From contig MWDG01000003.1 of assembly GCA_002070455.1 (NCBI GenBank), forward strand, positions 7,626 through 71,625: a DNA stretch of 64,000 nt. Reading direction: 5' to 3'. The DNA is from Deltaproteobacteria bacterium ADurb.Bin151. Lineage in GTDB: Bacteria > Desulfobacterota > Syntrophia > Syntrophales > Smithellaceae. Positions within the stretch are counted from its first letter, which is position 1. Each line of letters begins with the position of its first letter. Position numbers and translations under genes: made by a program. Below are positions 9,881 through 19,692 of this stretch, piece after piece. A model generated the notes under the pieces. It was not told the origin of the DNA. It did not search any database and saw only the letters and a list, made by a program, of their open reading frames with translations.

Positions 9881-10749
9881 ACGTATTAAAGTTGGGTATC
9901 CCCAAGGGCAGTCTGGAAAATAACACGGTTGATTTATTTAAAAGGGCTGGGTGGCGGATCACCTATGATTCCCGCAGTTATTTCCCCGACATTGATGATG
10001 AGGAAATTACCTGCAATTTGGTGCGGGCGCAGGAAATGTCGCGCTATATTGAAGATGGTCACCTGGATCTGGGGTTAACCGGTATCGACTGGATTCTGGA
10101 AAATAATTCGGATGTTGTGGCCGTGCAGGACCTGGTCTATTCCAAGGTCTCCACGCGTCAGGCAAGATGGGTGCTGGTGGTTCGTCAGGATTCACCCATC
10201 CGCTCGCTTGAAGATATGGAAGGGAAGCACATATCCACCGAGCTGGTCAATTTTACCAAGCGTTACTTTGCCGAAAGAAAGATCAATGTCAGTGTGGAAT
10301 TTTCCTGGGGGGCCACGGAAGCGAAGGTTGTGGACGGCCTGGTAGATGCGGTTGTGGAAGTGACCGAGACAGGGTCAACCATCCGTGCGAACAAATTAAG
10401 GATTGTTCATGAGCTGATGAGGAGCAATACTCAGCTGATTGCCAATCGTGCGGCCTGGAATGATCCCTGGAAGCGTAAAAAGATAGAACAGATCCGGACT
10501 CTCCTGAACGGGTCCTTGCTGGCGATGGGCAAAGTCGGTATGAAACTGAATGTTTCCAAGGCGAATCTGGATCGCGTAATGAAACTTCTGCCTTCGCTTA
10601 AAGCCCCGACTATTTCCAGCCTCTATTCCGAAGAATGGTTTGCCATCGAGTCTGTGATTGATACAGGCGTAGTTCGCGACCTGATTCCGCGTCTGCTCGA
10701 AGCAGGAGCGGAAGGTATTATTGAGTATCCTTTAAACAAAGTCATTTGA
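9877..10749 (+). CDS. hisG: ATP phosphoribosyltransferase, long form
   Basis: 290 aa. The start overlaps the hisI stop (ATGA). LGIPKGSL...DLGLTGIDW and the C-terminal regulatory domain are present. Confidence 0.9.
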   Translation: MNVLKLGIPKGSLENNTVDLFKRAGWRITYDSRSYFPDIDDEEITCNLVRAQEMSRYIEDGHLDLGLTGIDWILENNSDVVAVQDLVYSKVSTRQARWVLVVRQDSPIRSLEDMEGKHISTELVNFTKRYFAERKINVSVEFSWGATEAKVVDGLVDAVVEVTETGSTIRANKLRIVHELMRSNTQLIANRAAWNDPWKRKKIEQIRTLLNGSLLAMGKVGMKLNVSKANLDRVMKLLPSLKAPTISSLYSEEWFAIESVIDTGVVRDLIPRLLEAGAEGIIEYPLNKVI

Positions 10750-10763
10750 TCCGGAGGAAAGGC

Positions 10764-11351
10764 ATGGCCAGAAAAGCGAAAGTAGTCCGCAAAACAACGG
10801 AAACAGATATTGTGCTGGATATTGATCTGGATAAACCTGAGGGCGGAAAAATTGACACGTCGATTCCCTTTTTGAATCACATGCTGGATCTGTTTGCGCT
10901 TCATGGCCGGTTCAAGCTGGGGATTAAAAGCAAAGGCGATACCGAGATTGACGATCATCATCTCGTGGAAGATCTGGGCATCTGTCTCGGACAGGCAGTA
11001 GGTCAGGCGCTGGGAAGCAAAACGGGAATTAATCGATACGGTTCGATTTCGCTGCCGATGGATGAGTGCCTTTGTCATGTCCATATCGACATTTCCGGCC
11101 GTCCTTACCTGATCTACAAGGTCCGGTACGAACGCCGGAAAATTGGAGGTTTCGACCCGGCCCTGGTAAAGGAATTTTTTAAGGCTTTCACGGATAACAG
11201 CGGCATCACGCTGCACATCAATCTTGCGTATGGGAGCAACAGCCACCACATCATCGAGGCGGTTTTTAAAGCTTTTGGACGCGCGTTACGGCAGGCTGTG
11301 AATATCAACCCGGAAATATCAGGGATTCCGTCCACCAAAGGAATGCTCTGA
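10764..11351 (+). CDS. hisB: Imidazoleglycerol-phosphate dehydratase
   Basis: ATG at 10764 follows GGAGGAAAGG. RKTTETDI...FLNHMLD...DDHHLVEDLGI...NSHHIIEA.FKA.GRAL motifs. Confidence 0.9.
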   Translation: MARKAKVVRKTTETDIVLDIDLDKPEGGKIDTSIPFLNHMLDLFALHGRFKLGIKSKGDTEIDDHHLVEDLGICLGQAVGQALGSKTGINRYGSISLPMDECLCHVHIDISGRPYLIYKVRYERRKIGGFDPALVKEFFKAFTDNSGITLHINLAYGSNSHHIIEAVFKAFGRALRQAVNINPEISGIPSTKGML

Positions 11352-11373
11352 TAGAAAGGCCAGGTTTTCTGAA

Positions 11374-12075
11374 TTGAAAAATATCTCCCGGATCAAAAAA
11401 TGGTCGTTAGCGTTGGTGGTTTTGGGGTTCTTTTTTCTGGCGACATTATCGCTCCAGGCCGAAGAAAAAACGGGGCCTTCTCAAACCGCTTCTCCCGGTG
11501 CTGCTGTCACGAAACGCCTGGCGGTCATTCCTTTTCAATCGGTGACGCCTGCAGACGGATCGTCAACAGTCCGGTGCCCGATTTGCGGCAGCATCAATCC
11601 AGGTGGGACCGTTGTCAATGGTGCCCAAAGGGTTCTTGAGGAAATTTTTACGGACAAGTTGAGCAATTTAAAAGATGTGGTAATCATTCCTTCGGAAAAA
11701 ACGGAAAAAATTTATGATCAGGTCAACGCCGGTTCTGAAAAGCAGCCCATGATGGAGAAGGTCCTGAAGGTCGGAAATGAACTGCACGCGGATGTTGTGG
11801 CTGTCGGGTTCGTTTATCGTTACCGTGAAAGAGTTGGTTATGCCTATTCCACCGAGCATCCCGCATCGGTTGCTTTTGAGATTCACCTCATCTCCGTAAA
11901 GGATGGTACCACCCTGTGGCGAGGGGTTTTTGATAAAACACAAAGATCTTTAACGGAAAATGTTTACGAGGTTTTTTCTTTTGTCAAAGGCGGTGCCAGG
12001 TGGGTGAACGCGCATCAATTAACGAAACTTGGGGTTGATGAGGTATTCAAAACGTTTTCAGGCTTTGGGCCATAA
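11374..12075 (+). CDS. Secreted/lipoprotein-like protein of unknown function embedded in the his cluster
   Basis: Signal peptide (WSLALVVLGFFFLATLSLQA), a CPICGS motif, and no recognisable his-pathway similarity. Confidence 0.5.
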   Translation: MKNISRIKKWSLALVVLGFFFLATLSLQAEEKTGPSQTASPGAAVTKRLAVIPFQSVTPADGSSTVRCPICGSINPGGTVVNGAQRVLEEIFTDKLSNLKDVVIIPSEKTEKIYDQVNAGSEKQPMMEKVLKVGNELHADVVAVGFVYRYRERVGYAYSTEHPASVAFEIHLISVKDGTTLWRGVFDKTQRSLTENVYEVFSFVKGGARWVNAHQLTKLGVDEVFKTFSGFGP

Positions 12076-12139
12076 TTCGGGTGGATAAAGTGTGCCAGGA
12101 ACATGGCCTGATCTGAAGCATTTTTCAAAGGAGTTTGTG

Positions 12140-12871
12140 TTGATCATCATTCCCGCGGTTGATATCAGAAATGGACAATGCGTCCGTTTGGCACAGGGTG
12201 ATTTTGACCGTGTGACCGTCTATGGGGATCACCCCGCGGATATGGCAAAACGCTGGGCTGAAAAAGGCGCTGAGCGGATTCACCTTGTTGATCTGGATGG
12301 TTCCGTGGCCGGACTGCCGAAGAACGCCCCCGTCATTTGTGAAATTGCAAAATCCGTTTCCGTGCCGGTTGAGGTCGGCGGCGGTATTCGCAGTATGGAG
12401 ACGATTAATTATTATCTGGACAACGGCGTGTCGAGTGTGATTCTCGGCACGGCAGCGATCCAGGATGAAGAATTTGTTAAGACGGCTGCCCGTGTCCATC
12501 CCGGTAGAATTATTCTGGGGATCGATGCACTGGATGGCCGGGTTGCTGTGCGCGGGTGGACACAAAAGACCGGCCATCAGGCGGTTGAGCTGGCGCGCTC
12601 TTATGAAAACTGCGGGATTCAGGCCATCGTATATACGGACATTCGGCGCGACGGCATGGAAACGGGTGTCAATGTGGAGGCGACCGCGGCCCTTGCCGGG
12701 GCGGTAACCATCCCTGTGATTGCGTCCGGCGGTGTGGCCACACTAGCGGACATTGATCGTTTGATGGCTGTCCGTGACTGCTCTTTCTTTGGCGTGATTA
12801 TCGGCCGCGCGCTATACACGGGTGCGATTGCGTTGGAAGACGCCATCGCCAGGACACGCGCGACCTCATAG
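12140..12871 (+). CDS. hisA: ProFAR isomerase (HisA)
   Basis: TTG at 12140 lies 6 nt after AAGGAG. (M)IIIPAVDIRNGQCVRL..GD and the GG...SGG phosphate-binding motifs are present. Confidence 0.85.
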   Translation: MIIIPAVDIRNGQCVRLAQGDFDRVTVYGDHPADMAKRWAEKGAERIHLVDLDGSVAGLPKNAPVICEIAKSVSVPVEVGGGIRSMETINYYLDNGVSSVILGTAAIQDEEFVKTAARVHPGRIILGIDALDGRVAVRGWTQKTGHQAVELARSYENCGIQAIVYTDIRRDGMETGVNVEATAALAGAVTIPVIASGGVATLADIDRLMAVRDCSFFGVIIGRALYTGAIALEDAIARTRATS

Positions 12872-12893
12872 AATCAGGGGAAGGGAGGAAAAT

Positions 12894-13238
12894 ATGTCAG
12901 ATTGTATTTTTTGTAAAATTATCAACGGGGACATTCCCTGCACGAAGGTTTACGAAGATGGCGCCGTTCTGGCCTTTGATGATATTCAGCCAATGGCGCC
13001 CGTGCATGTTATCATTATTCCGAAAAAACATATCGCTACGCTGATGGATGTTGATACAGACCAGGAGGTCATTTCACGTCAGTTGTTTACGGCGGCGCAG
13101 AAAGTCGCTAAAATAAAAAATGTGGCCGTCGGAGGTTTCCGCACGGTTGTGAACTGCAATGCCGACGGTGGGCAGATTGTATTTCATCTGCATATGCACC
13201 TGCTCGGCGGCAGGAAACTGGAAGATCAGTTAGGGTAA
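12894..13238 (+). CDS. HIT (histidine triad) family protein
   Basis: ATG at 12894 follows GGGAAGGGAGGAA. CIFCKII.G..P...VYED and the HLHMHLLGG histidine triad are present. Confidence 0.9.
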   Translation: MSDCIFCKIINGDIPCTKVYEDGAVLAFDDIQPMAPVHVIIIPKKHIATLMDVDTDQEVISRQLFTAAQKVAKIKNVAVGGFRTVVNCNADGGQIVFHLHMHLLGGRKLEDQLG

Positions 13239-13254
13239 ATTGAGGGAAGTTATC

Positions 13255-13701
13255 ATGGATATGAATGCCAGGATCAATGAAGAAATGGTATCAGCGGCAA
13301 AGGCCAAAGATAAAATCAGGCTCTCAGCTTTACGTATGCTGAAAACGGCGCTGCACAACAAGGAAATCGAACTCATGCGGGCGCTCAACGAAACAGAAAC
13401 CATGCAGATACTGTCCGGACTGGTAAAGCAGAGAAAAGATTCCATTGAGCAATTCGCCAAAGGTGGAAGACAGGACCTGGTGGAAAAGGAAGAGGCGGAG
13501 TTAAAAATCCTGCAGGAATTCATGCCTGAGCAAATGTCGGATGCTGACGTGGAAGCGCTCATCAGGAAAGCGATTGCCGATGTCGGTGCCGTGTCCGTTA
13601 AGGATATGGGCAAGGTTATGAAGGTCTTGATGCCGCAGATTACCGGCAAGGCGGATGGGAAAGCCGCGGGCGAAAAAGTGAAGGCACTTTTATCCCAATA
13701 G
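13255..13701 (+). CDS. yqeY: GatB/YqeY domain protein
   Basis: ATG at 13255 follows GAGGGAAG. RLSALRMLKTAL.NKEIE...E.MQILS..VKQRKDSIEQF..GGR.DLV.KE..E is YqeY-like. Confidence 0.8.
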   Translation: MDMNARINEEMVSAAKAKDKIRLSALRMLKTALHNKEIELMRALNETETMQILSGLVKQRKDSIEQFAKGGRQDLVEKEEAELKILQEFMPEQMSDADVEALIRKAIADVGAVSVKDMGKVMKVLMPQITGKADGKAAGEKVKALLSQ

Positions 13702-13752
13702 TGGTTTTATCCATACGGCCTGAGGAAGAATATAAAAGGGGCAAGGCGATCA

Positions 13753-15522
13753 TTGGTGCGTTTTGATGACAGCAAGATTGAAGAAATAAAAAGCAGGGTG
13801 GATATTGTCGAGCTTGCCTCCGAATACCTGACGCTGAAAAAGGCAGGCAGAAATTATCTGGGGCTGTGTCCTTTTCATCAGGAAAAAACGCCTTCATTTA
13901 CCGTCAACCGCGAGAAGCAGATATTTTACTGTTTTGGCTGTGGTCAAGGCGGCAATGTCATTACCCTGCTGATGAAAATTGCCAACAAGAGTTTTCCGGA
14001 AGCCGTTAAACAGCTCGCGGAAAAGACGGGTGTTGTCCTGCCTGTCCGGATGTTCGGCAGGGAAGACGGTGAAAAAAATTCCCTGCGCGATGAGATTATT
14101 CAGTTGAATTTGAGGGCGGCGCAGCAGTTTGTCCGCAATCTGTCGTCTGGGGCGGGTCAGGTTGCGCGGGATTACCTGCAGAAACGGTCCGTTACCGATG
14201 AGACCGTAAAGCAGTTCCGTCTCGGATACGTGCCGGACACCTGGCGTTCTTTGACGGATTACATGGAAGCCAGCGGTCTGTCCCTGGCACTGGCCGAGCA
14301 GGCCGGTCTTGTCGTTGCCGGTAAAGAAGGACGCTTCTACGATCGTTTTCGGGGGCGTCTGATTTTTCCGATTGAAAATATTTTTGGCGAGGTCATTGCT
14401 TTTGGTGGCCGGATTCTGGGGGAAGGTGAACCGAAGTATCTGAATTCGCCGGAATCTCCGGTTTATACCAAAGGCAAAAATCTGTATGGCCTTTTTCGGG
14501 CCAGAGAGGCAATCCGCCAGAGCGGTTTTTGCCTGATTGTCGAGGGATATTTTGACGCCATATCGCTCTGGAACGCGGGGGTCCGCAATGTGGTTGCCAC
14601 ACTGGGCACAGCGCTGACACGGGATCATCTGGAGCTTTTGCGCCGTTATACGCAGGATGTTGTGGCGCTCTTCGATCCGGATGAAGCGGGAAGAAAAGCG
14701 CTGGACCGTTCTCTGGAGCTGTTTCTCGGGGCGAAGATGCATGCCCGGGCCCTGGTTCTTCCCGGAGGCTGTGATCCGGATGATTACATCAAACAGTTCG
14801 GGAAAGAAAAACTTGAGGAACTGATTGCCGCCGCGCCGGCCATCAGTGATTATTATATTGATAACGTTTTGGGAGACGGCAGGACCTTTGAGGAAAACCG
14901 CGACCTTGTGAGAACCGCGATGGAATTCGTGGGGAAAATAGACGATGAGATTGAAAAAAATCTTTTCATCAAGCGCATTGCGGAGAGATTGGGGATTGAC
15001 CAGACCCTGTTGAAAAAAGAGGCACACCGCAAGACGGGTAAATCCCAACAGACGGGCCCCGCGGTCCACAAACGTTCGGACGCAATAAAACTGAATCCGC
15101 TTGAAATGAACCTCATCAGGCTGATGCTGGAATATCCGCAAAAAACGCTGTATGTAGAAAGGGAAAAAACATTAAATTATTTTTTGGAGCCTTCACTTCA
15201 AAAACTTGGTGATAAAATTATCGAGACCTATAAGCTCCTTGGCTACATAGACATTAACATGATTCTGCCATCGGACGAAGACACACCGCTTCGGGAAAGT
15301 ATATACAGGTTAAGTATTGAAGCCCCTCCGACCGATGAGAGTATGGTAGATCGCAACTTTGAGGATAACGTCCGCAGAATCAGGGAAAAATGGTACAAAG
15401 AACAGAAACGAATGGTTCAGCTGAAATTGAGGCAGGCGCAGGAGAACGGTGACGGGGAACTGACGCGGGAGCTTATTTTTCAAAAGCAGAATCTGATGAG
15501 GGAAGAAAAACAACTATACTAA
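13753..15522 (+). CDS. dnaG: DNA primase
   Basis: Zinc-ribbon CPFHQEKTPSFTV...YCFGCGQGGN, plus TOPRIM-region motifs (EGYFD, DPDEAGRKA). The start is TTG 13753 or GTG 13756. Confidence 0.9.
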   Translation: MVRFDDSKIEEIKSRVDIVELASEYLTLKKAGRNYLGLCPFHQEKTPSFTVNREKQIFYCFGCGQGGNVITLLMKIANKSFPEAVKQLAEKTGVVLPVRMFGREDGEKNSLRDEIIQLNLRAAQQFVRNLSSGAGQVARDYLQKRSVTDETVKQFRLGYVPDTWRSLTDYMEASGLSLALAEQAGLVVAGKEGRFYDRFRGRLIFPIENIFGEVIAFGGRILGEGEPKYLNSPESPVYTKGKNLYGLFRAREAIRQSGFCLIVEGYFDAISLWNAGVRNVVATLGTALTRDHLELLRRYTQDVVALFDPDEAGRKALDRSLELFLGAKMHARALVLPGGCDPDDYIKQFGKEKLEELIAAAPAISDYYIDNVLGDGRTFEENRDLVRTAMEFVGKIDDEIEKNLFIKRIAERLGIDQTLLKKEAHRKTGKSQQTGPAVHKRSDAIKLNPLEMNLIRLMLEYPQKTLYVEREKTLNYFLEPSLQKLGDKIIETYKLLGYIDINMILPSDEDTPLRESIYRLSIEAPPTDESMVDRNFEDNVRRIREKWYKEQKRMVQLKLRQAQENGDGELTRELIFQKQNLMREEKQLY

Positions 15523-15549
15523 CCAATAATGAATTTTGGGGGTTGCCAG

Positions 15550-17298
15550 ATGGCCAAACAGATCCAGTCTGATGAATTCAAGAAACTACTTTCACTGGGG
15601 GAAGAAAAGGGATTTTTAACCTACGATGACGTCAATGACATGTTGCCGCCGGATGTTAATTCTTCGGACCAGATCGATGATATCATCATGTTGTTCGGCG
15701 AAAAGAACATCGATATCATTGACACCGAGCAGGGTGAAAAACTGGTGGTAAAAAAACCGGTGGAAGATGCTTTGCCGTCCAAATTTTCCGAGGCCCTGGC
15801 CTTGGTTCCCGGTGTTGGAAAAACCGGCGATCCGGTGAAAATGTATTTGAGGGAGATGGGCTTAGTTTCCCTTTTGAGTCGTGAAGGAGAAGTGGAGATT
15901 GCAAAAAAAATCGAGGAAGGCGCCCGTGAGACCATGTGGGCGATTTTCAGTTTGACGGTTTCCATCGCCGAAGTTTTGAGTATTGGTGAAAAACTGGAAT
16001 CCGGTGAAATTCGAGTTAAAAACGTGGTGGATAACATCGAGGACGAAGAAGGATTCATGGAGGAAGATGAGCACAAGGAGCGCGTGCTCAAGTTGATTGC
16101 GCGAATTCGTCTTTTCAGCGACCGGAACGACGTTATACGAGAAAAGCTGAAGTCCAAAACCATCAAACCCAAGCAGCGTCAGTTGCTGACGGCAGAACTG
16201 GAAAAAAACACCAAAAATATTATTATCCTTTGCCGCAAAATTCGTTTCAGTAAGAAACAAATTCACCGCTTTATGGCCCGTTTGAGATCCCATACGGATG
16301 AAATTGAACGCTCAGAACGGGTGATTAACCAGTTTAAAAAGGAATCAGGACTGACTCTGACGCAGCTGGAAAAGAGCTGGTCTAAAATGAGGAAATCCAA
16401 ACAGGATGAGAAAAAAGCCGCGAAAGAAGCGAAAGTATCCGTTGACTGGCTGCATCGAAGTCATGACTCAATTGCGGAAGCGCAAAAACGAATCAAACAA
16501 ATTGTAAAAGAGGTTGGAATCCCTACGGCCACATTAAAGAATGTGGTGGATTCTATCGAATACGGCGAAGCCAAGGCGGAAGTCGCCAAAAGGAAACTTG
16601 TGGAGGCCAATCTGCGGCTCGTCGTCAGCATTGCAAAGAAATATACAAATCGCGGTCTGCAGTTTCTTGACCTGATCCAGGAGGGAAATATCGGGTTGAT
16701 GAAAGCTGTGGATAAATTTGAATACCAGAGAGGATACAAATTTTCTACGTACGCGACCTGGTGGATCCGTCAGGCGATTACGCGCGCCATTGCCGATCAG
16801 GCGCGTACCATCCGGATCCCGGTACACATGATTGAAACAATTAACAAGCTGATCCGGACATCACGTTACCTGGTGCAGGAACTGGGGCGTGAACCGACTC
16901 CTGAAGAAATTGCCAATAAAATGGAATATCCGTTGGAAAAAGTGCGCAAGGTGTTAAAAATTGCCAAAGAACCCATTTCTCTGGAAACCCCCATTGGGGA
17001 GGAAGAGGACAGTCATCTTGGTGATTTTATTGAAGATAAAAAAATCATGTCTCCTTCGGAAGCCACCATCAGCATGGATCTGGCTGATCAGACACGCAAA
17101 ATTTTGTCTACGCTCACGCCACGTGAAGAGAAGGTTCTGCGAATGCGCTTCGGAATCAGTGACAGGGTAGGTCTGCCGGTTCCGGATGAAAATTTGAGCG
17201 TTGATGCTGTGGAGCCCGAGATTGAGGAACAGGAGATCATGGAAGAGGAAATACCGAAAAAAACAAAGAATTCATCCAGAAAGCGCGCATCAAAATAG
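15550..17298 (+). CDS. rpoD: Primary-type sigma-70 factor RpoD with an aberrant C-terminus (region 4.2 not recognisable)
   Basis: Regions 1.1 to 4.1 are canonical ([82 protein letters not shown]). After codon I at 17155-17157 the sequence becomes an acidic/basic tail instead of the TLEEVG...[18 protein letters not shown] helix-turn-helix. Confidence 0.8.
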   Translation: MAKQIQSDEFKKLLSLGEEKGFLTYDDVNDMLPPDVNSSDQIDDIIMLFGEKNIDIIDTEQGEKLVVKKPVEDALPSKFSEALALVPGVGKTGDPVKMYLREMGLVSLLSREGEVEIAKKIEEGARETMWAIFSLTVSIAEVLSIGEKLESGEIRVKNVVDNIEDEEGFMEEDEHKERVLKLIARIRLFSDRNDVIREKLKSKTIKPKQRQLLTAELEKNTKNIIILCRKIRFSKKQIHRFMARLRSHTDEIERSERVINQFKKESGLTLTQLEKSWSKMRKSKQDEKKAAKEAKVSVDWLHRSHDSIAEAQKRIKQIVKEVGIPTATLKNVVDSIEYGEAKAEVAKRKLVEANLRLVVSIAKKYTNRGLQFLDLIQEGNIGLMKAVDKFEYQRGYKFSTYATWWIRQAITRAIADQARTIRIPVHMIETINKLIRTSRYLVQELGREPTPEEIANKMEYPLEKVRKVLKIAKEPISLETPIGEEEDSHLGDFIEDKKIMSPSEATISMDLADQTRKILSTLTPREEKVLRMRFGISDRVGLPVPDENLSVDAVEPEIEEQEIMEEEIPKKTKNSSRKRASK

Positions 17299-17437
17299 TA
17301 TTGACAACCGGCCCAATACGGTATATCTCACAAACCCGATGCCGGTTCGATCCGCACAAATTCTGTGTTCATTAGCGGTGCCGTCGCGGTATGGATGACG
17401 GACAGGTAAAGAAACCGCAAACCGAATGATCAAGGGC

Positions 17438-17513
17438 GGGCCTATAGCTCAATTGGTAGAGCCACCGGCTCATAACCGGTAGGTCCCTGGTTCGATCCCA
17501 GGTGGGCCCACCA
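17438..17513 (+). tRNA. tRNA with CAT anticodon (elongator Met, or Ile2 if lysidine-modified), encoded CCA end
   Basis: Hand-folded cloverleaf: acceptor GGGCCTA/TGGGCCC, D-arm GCTC-AATTGGTA-GAGC, anticodon loop CTCATAA (CAT at 17471-17473), T-arm CCTGG-TTCGATC-CCAGG. The G1-C72 pair argues against an initiator tRNA. Confidence 0.85.
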
Positions 17514-17671
17514 GATTTTTACTGAAATGAGAGGCTTTATGCGTGCAGAAAAAACACTTTTTTCACAAGCAAGGAGTTGTTGCGACGCTGCATATGACTG
17601 TACTGCCGTGGATAGACAATTAAAATTGTCTTTGCACGGCACACAGAACCAGACGCAAAGCCAGATGATCT

Positions 17672-17703
17672 AAAAATGCACCCCGAAAAGGTGCATTTTT
17701 TTA
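17672..17703 (+). terminator. Rho-independent terminator
   Basis: AAAAATGCACC-ccgaaaa-GGTGCATTTTT followed by a T-run. Confidence 0.8.
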
Positions 17704-17729
17704 TTGCTTAAAAATGGAGGAGATGATCG

Positions 17730-18449
17730 TTGAAAGAGAAAATAGCATTATTAATCAATCTGCAGGAATGTGATTCACAATTGGTCAAACTGTCTTCAAA
17801 AAAAGTCAAACTTCCGGAGAAAATCTGCAAGATGGAAGAAGAGTTTAGACTTTATAAGGAAGGCGTTGAGCAAAATAAGAGAAAATATGAAGAACTCAAA
17901 ACACAGCGGGCTGAGGGTGAGGCAAATGTCAAAAAGCTAAGCGACGGGATGGTCAAAACCAGGGAAAGGCTCCTGGAGGTGAAAAACAATAAAGAGTATC
18001 AGGCCATGCTAAAGGAAATTGAAACCTCTGAAAAGACGAAAAGTGATCTGGAGTCCCGTATCATTGCTTTTATGGAAGAAATGGATAAGCTTATTGTCCT
18101 GGTGAAAAAAGATGAGGAAATATTAAAGCAGGCTGAAAGTAATCATGAGAAAGAAATGAAAATCATTGAGGATGATCTCAATGCTATTGATGCGGATACA
18201 GTAACCTGGACGGAAAAGAGGGCCGTTTTAGCAAAAAGTATTCCTGCTGATCTGCTGGCCCAATACGAGAGGATAAGAAAACGAAATAACGGTATCGGTG
18301 TGATTCCTGTCTGGAAAGCGGTCTGCAGCGGCTGCCACATGAATATTCCCCCTCAATTGTATAACGAACTGCAGCGATCAAATGATTTGCTCAGTTGTCC
18401 AAACTGTAACCGGATCATGTATTTTCAAAATCAGGAAAAATCATCGTAG
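17730..18449 (+). CDS. C4-type zinc-ribbon / coiled-coil protein (COG1579, DUF164-like)
   Basis: Long coiled-coil followed by CSGCHMNIPPQ...CPNCNRI. TTG start. Confidence 0.7.
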   Translation: MKEKIALLINLQECDSQLVKLSSKKVKLPEKICKMEEEFRLYKEGVEQNKRKYEELKTQRAEGEANVKKLSDGMVKTRERLLEVKNNKEYQAMLKEIETSEKTKSDLESRIIAFMEEMDKLIVLVKKDEEILKQAESNHEKEMKIIEDDLNAIDADTVTWTEKRAVLAKSIPADLLAQYERIRKRNNGIGVIPVWKAVCSGCHMNIPPQLYNELQRSNDLLSCPNCNRIMYFQNQEKSS

Positions 18450-18455
18450 CTTTTT

Positions 18456-18875
18456 ATGGAAAATCAAAAGGTGAAATTATTCAGTGACGGTGCCTGTCGC
18501 GGCAATCCGGGCATTGGCGGTGCAGGTGCAGTGATTACCGATGACAGTGGTCATGTTCTGTGGGAAGGCAGTCAGTATCTGGGACAATGTACGAATAATA
18601 TCGCCGAATATCAGGCACTGATTCTCGGTCTGAAAGGCGCATTGGCTTGCGGTTACAAGAATCTGGAAATTTATCTGGATTCGGAATTACTGGCCAATCA
18701 GATCAACGGTTCCTACAAGGTCAAGAATGAGAATTTGAAAATCTTAATGCAGGAGGTCCGCAGCCTGCTTTCTTCATTCCAATCATCTCCGGTAAGACAT
18801 GTTTTGCGCTGCCACAATGCCCTGGCGGATAAACTGGCGAATCTGGCTATCGATACTCACCAGAAGATATCTTGA
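18456..18875 (+). CDS. rnhA: Ribonuclease HI family protein
   Basis: DGACRGNPG.GGAGAVI...TNN.AEYQALILGL...LDSELLANQ matches the RNase H catalytic DEDD-region pattern. Confidence 0.8.
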   Translation: MENQKVKLFSDGACRGNPGIGGAGAVITDDSGHVLWEGSQYLGQCTNNIAEYQALILGLKGALACGYKNLEIYLDSELLANQINGSYKVKNENLKILMQEVRSLLSSFQSSPVRHVLRCHNALADKLANLAIDTHQKIS

Positions 18876-18907
18876 AAGAAATTCAAATACATTGTAAATT
18901 ACTTATT

Positions 18908-19290
18908 CAGGCAGGAGAAGATCAGATGATCGCTGGCAGATTTTAATCTGTTGGAGGAAAGTCCGAGCTCCGCAGGGCAGGATGGTCGCTAACGGCGACT
19001 GGGGGCGACCCTAAGGAAAGTGCCACAGAAAATATACCGCCCGCCGATGGTGGGTAAGGGTGAAATGGCGAGGTAAGAGCTCACCGCTTTTCCGGTGACG
19101 GAAAAGGCATGGTAAACCCCATCCGGAGCAAGACCAAATAGGAGAACGTTTAAGGGCGGCCCGCCTGATGTTCTCGGGTAGTGTCGCTAGAGGCGGCAGG
19201 CAACTGCCGTCCCAGATGAATGATCATCGCCGCGTCCAGGGTAACCGAAACGCGGAACAGAACTCGGCTTATGGTCTTCTCCTGTGCCTG
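18908..19290 (+). ncRNA. rnpB: RNase P RNA, bacterial type A
   Basis: Conserved GGAGGAAAGTCCGAGCTCC...GGGTAAGGGTGAAA...GGTAAACCCC...ACAGAACTCGGCTTA blocks. The P1 stem pairs 18912-18923 with 19273-19284. Ends are approximate, within about 5 nt. Confidence 0.9.
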
Positions 19291-19400
19291 TTTCATCCCG
19301 CTTACGCGGGATGAACGTAAATGCTTCACTTGCTTTGATAGCCTTAATGTTCATGCCATGCCTTGACCGCTTGCTGCGAAATGGATGATGGATAATACAC

Positions 19401-19685
19401 CTATAGACCGATTCCTCTTTTTTTTGCCTCTTTATAAAGTCTCCAGATACACAGACCGATCGCCAGGGTGAATGAACTCAACATGAAATTCGGTGTTGTG
19501 CCAAGGATTTCATCTACGAGATAACCAAGATACAGGAACAGGAACGAGGAAACAACCATCGCCAGTCCCCATGCAGATAATACCAGAATACTATTGTACT
19601 GACTGAATTGTTTATTGCTTATCAGAGGTTTTTCTTTTGGCATGATCTTTTCATTTTCCTGATCCTTGCCAGTGTTATTTGTCAT
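19401..19685 (-). CDS. AtpZ/AtpI-family small membrane protein
   Basis: 94 aa, two TM helices with LGYLVDEILGTTPNFML...RLYKEAKK, resembling AtpZ/AtpI-type proteins. Confidence 0.5.
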   Translation of the reverse strand: MTNNTGKDQENEKIMPKEKPLISNKQFSQYNSILVLSAWGLAMVVSSFLFLYLGYLVDEILGTTPNFMLSSFTLAIGLCIWRLYKEAKKRGIGL

Positions 19686-19692
19686 GTTTTAT

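Noticed and set aside
17442-17642. 66-aa minus-strand ORF.
   Set aside because: It overlaps the tRNA gene and the structured region downstream, and has no SD.
17527-17673. 48-codon plus-strand ORF between the tRNA and the terminator.
   Set aside because: It has no ribosome-binding site and no recognisable product. The region is better explained as structured RNA.
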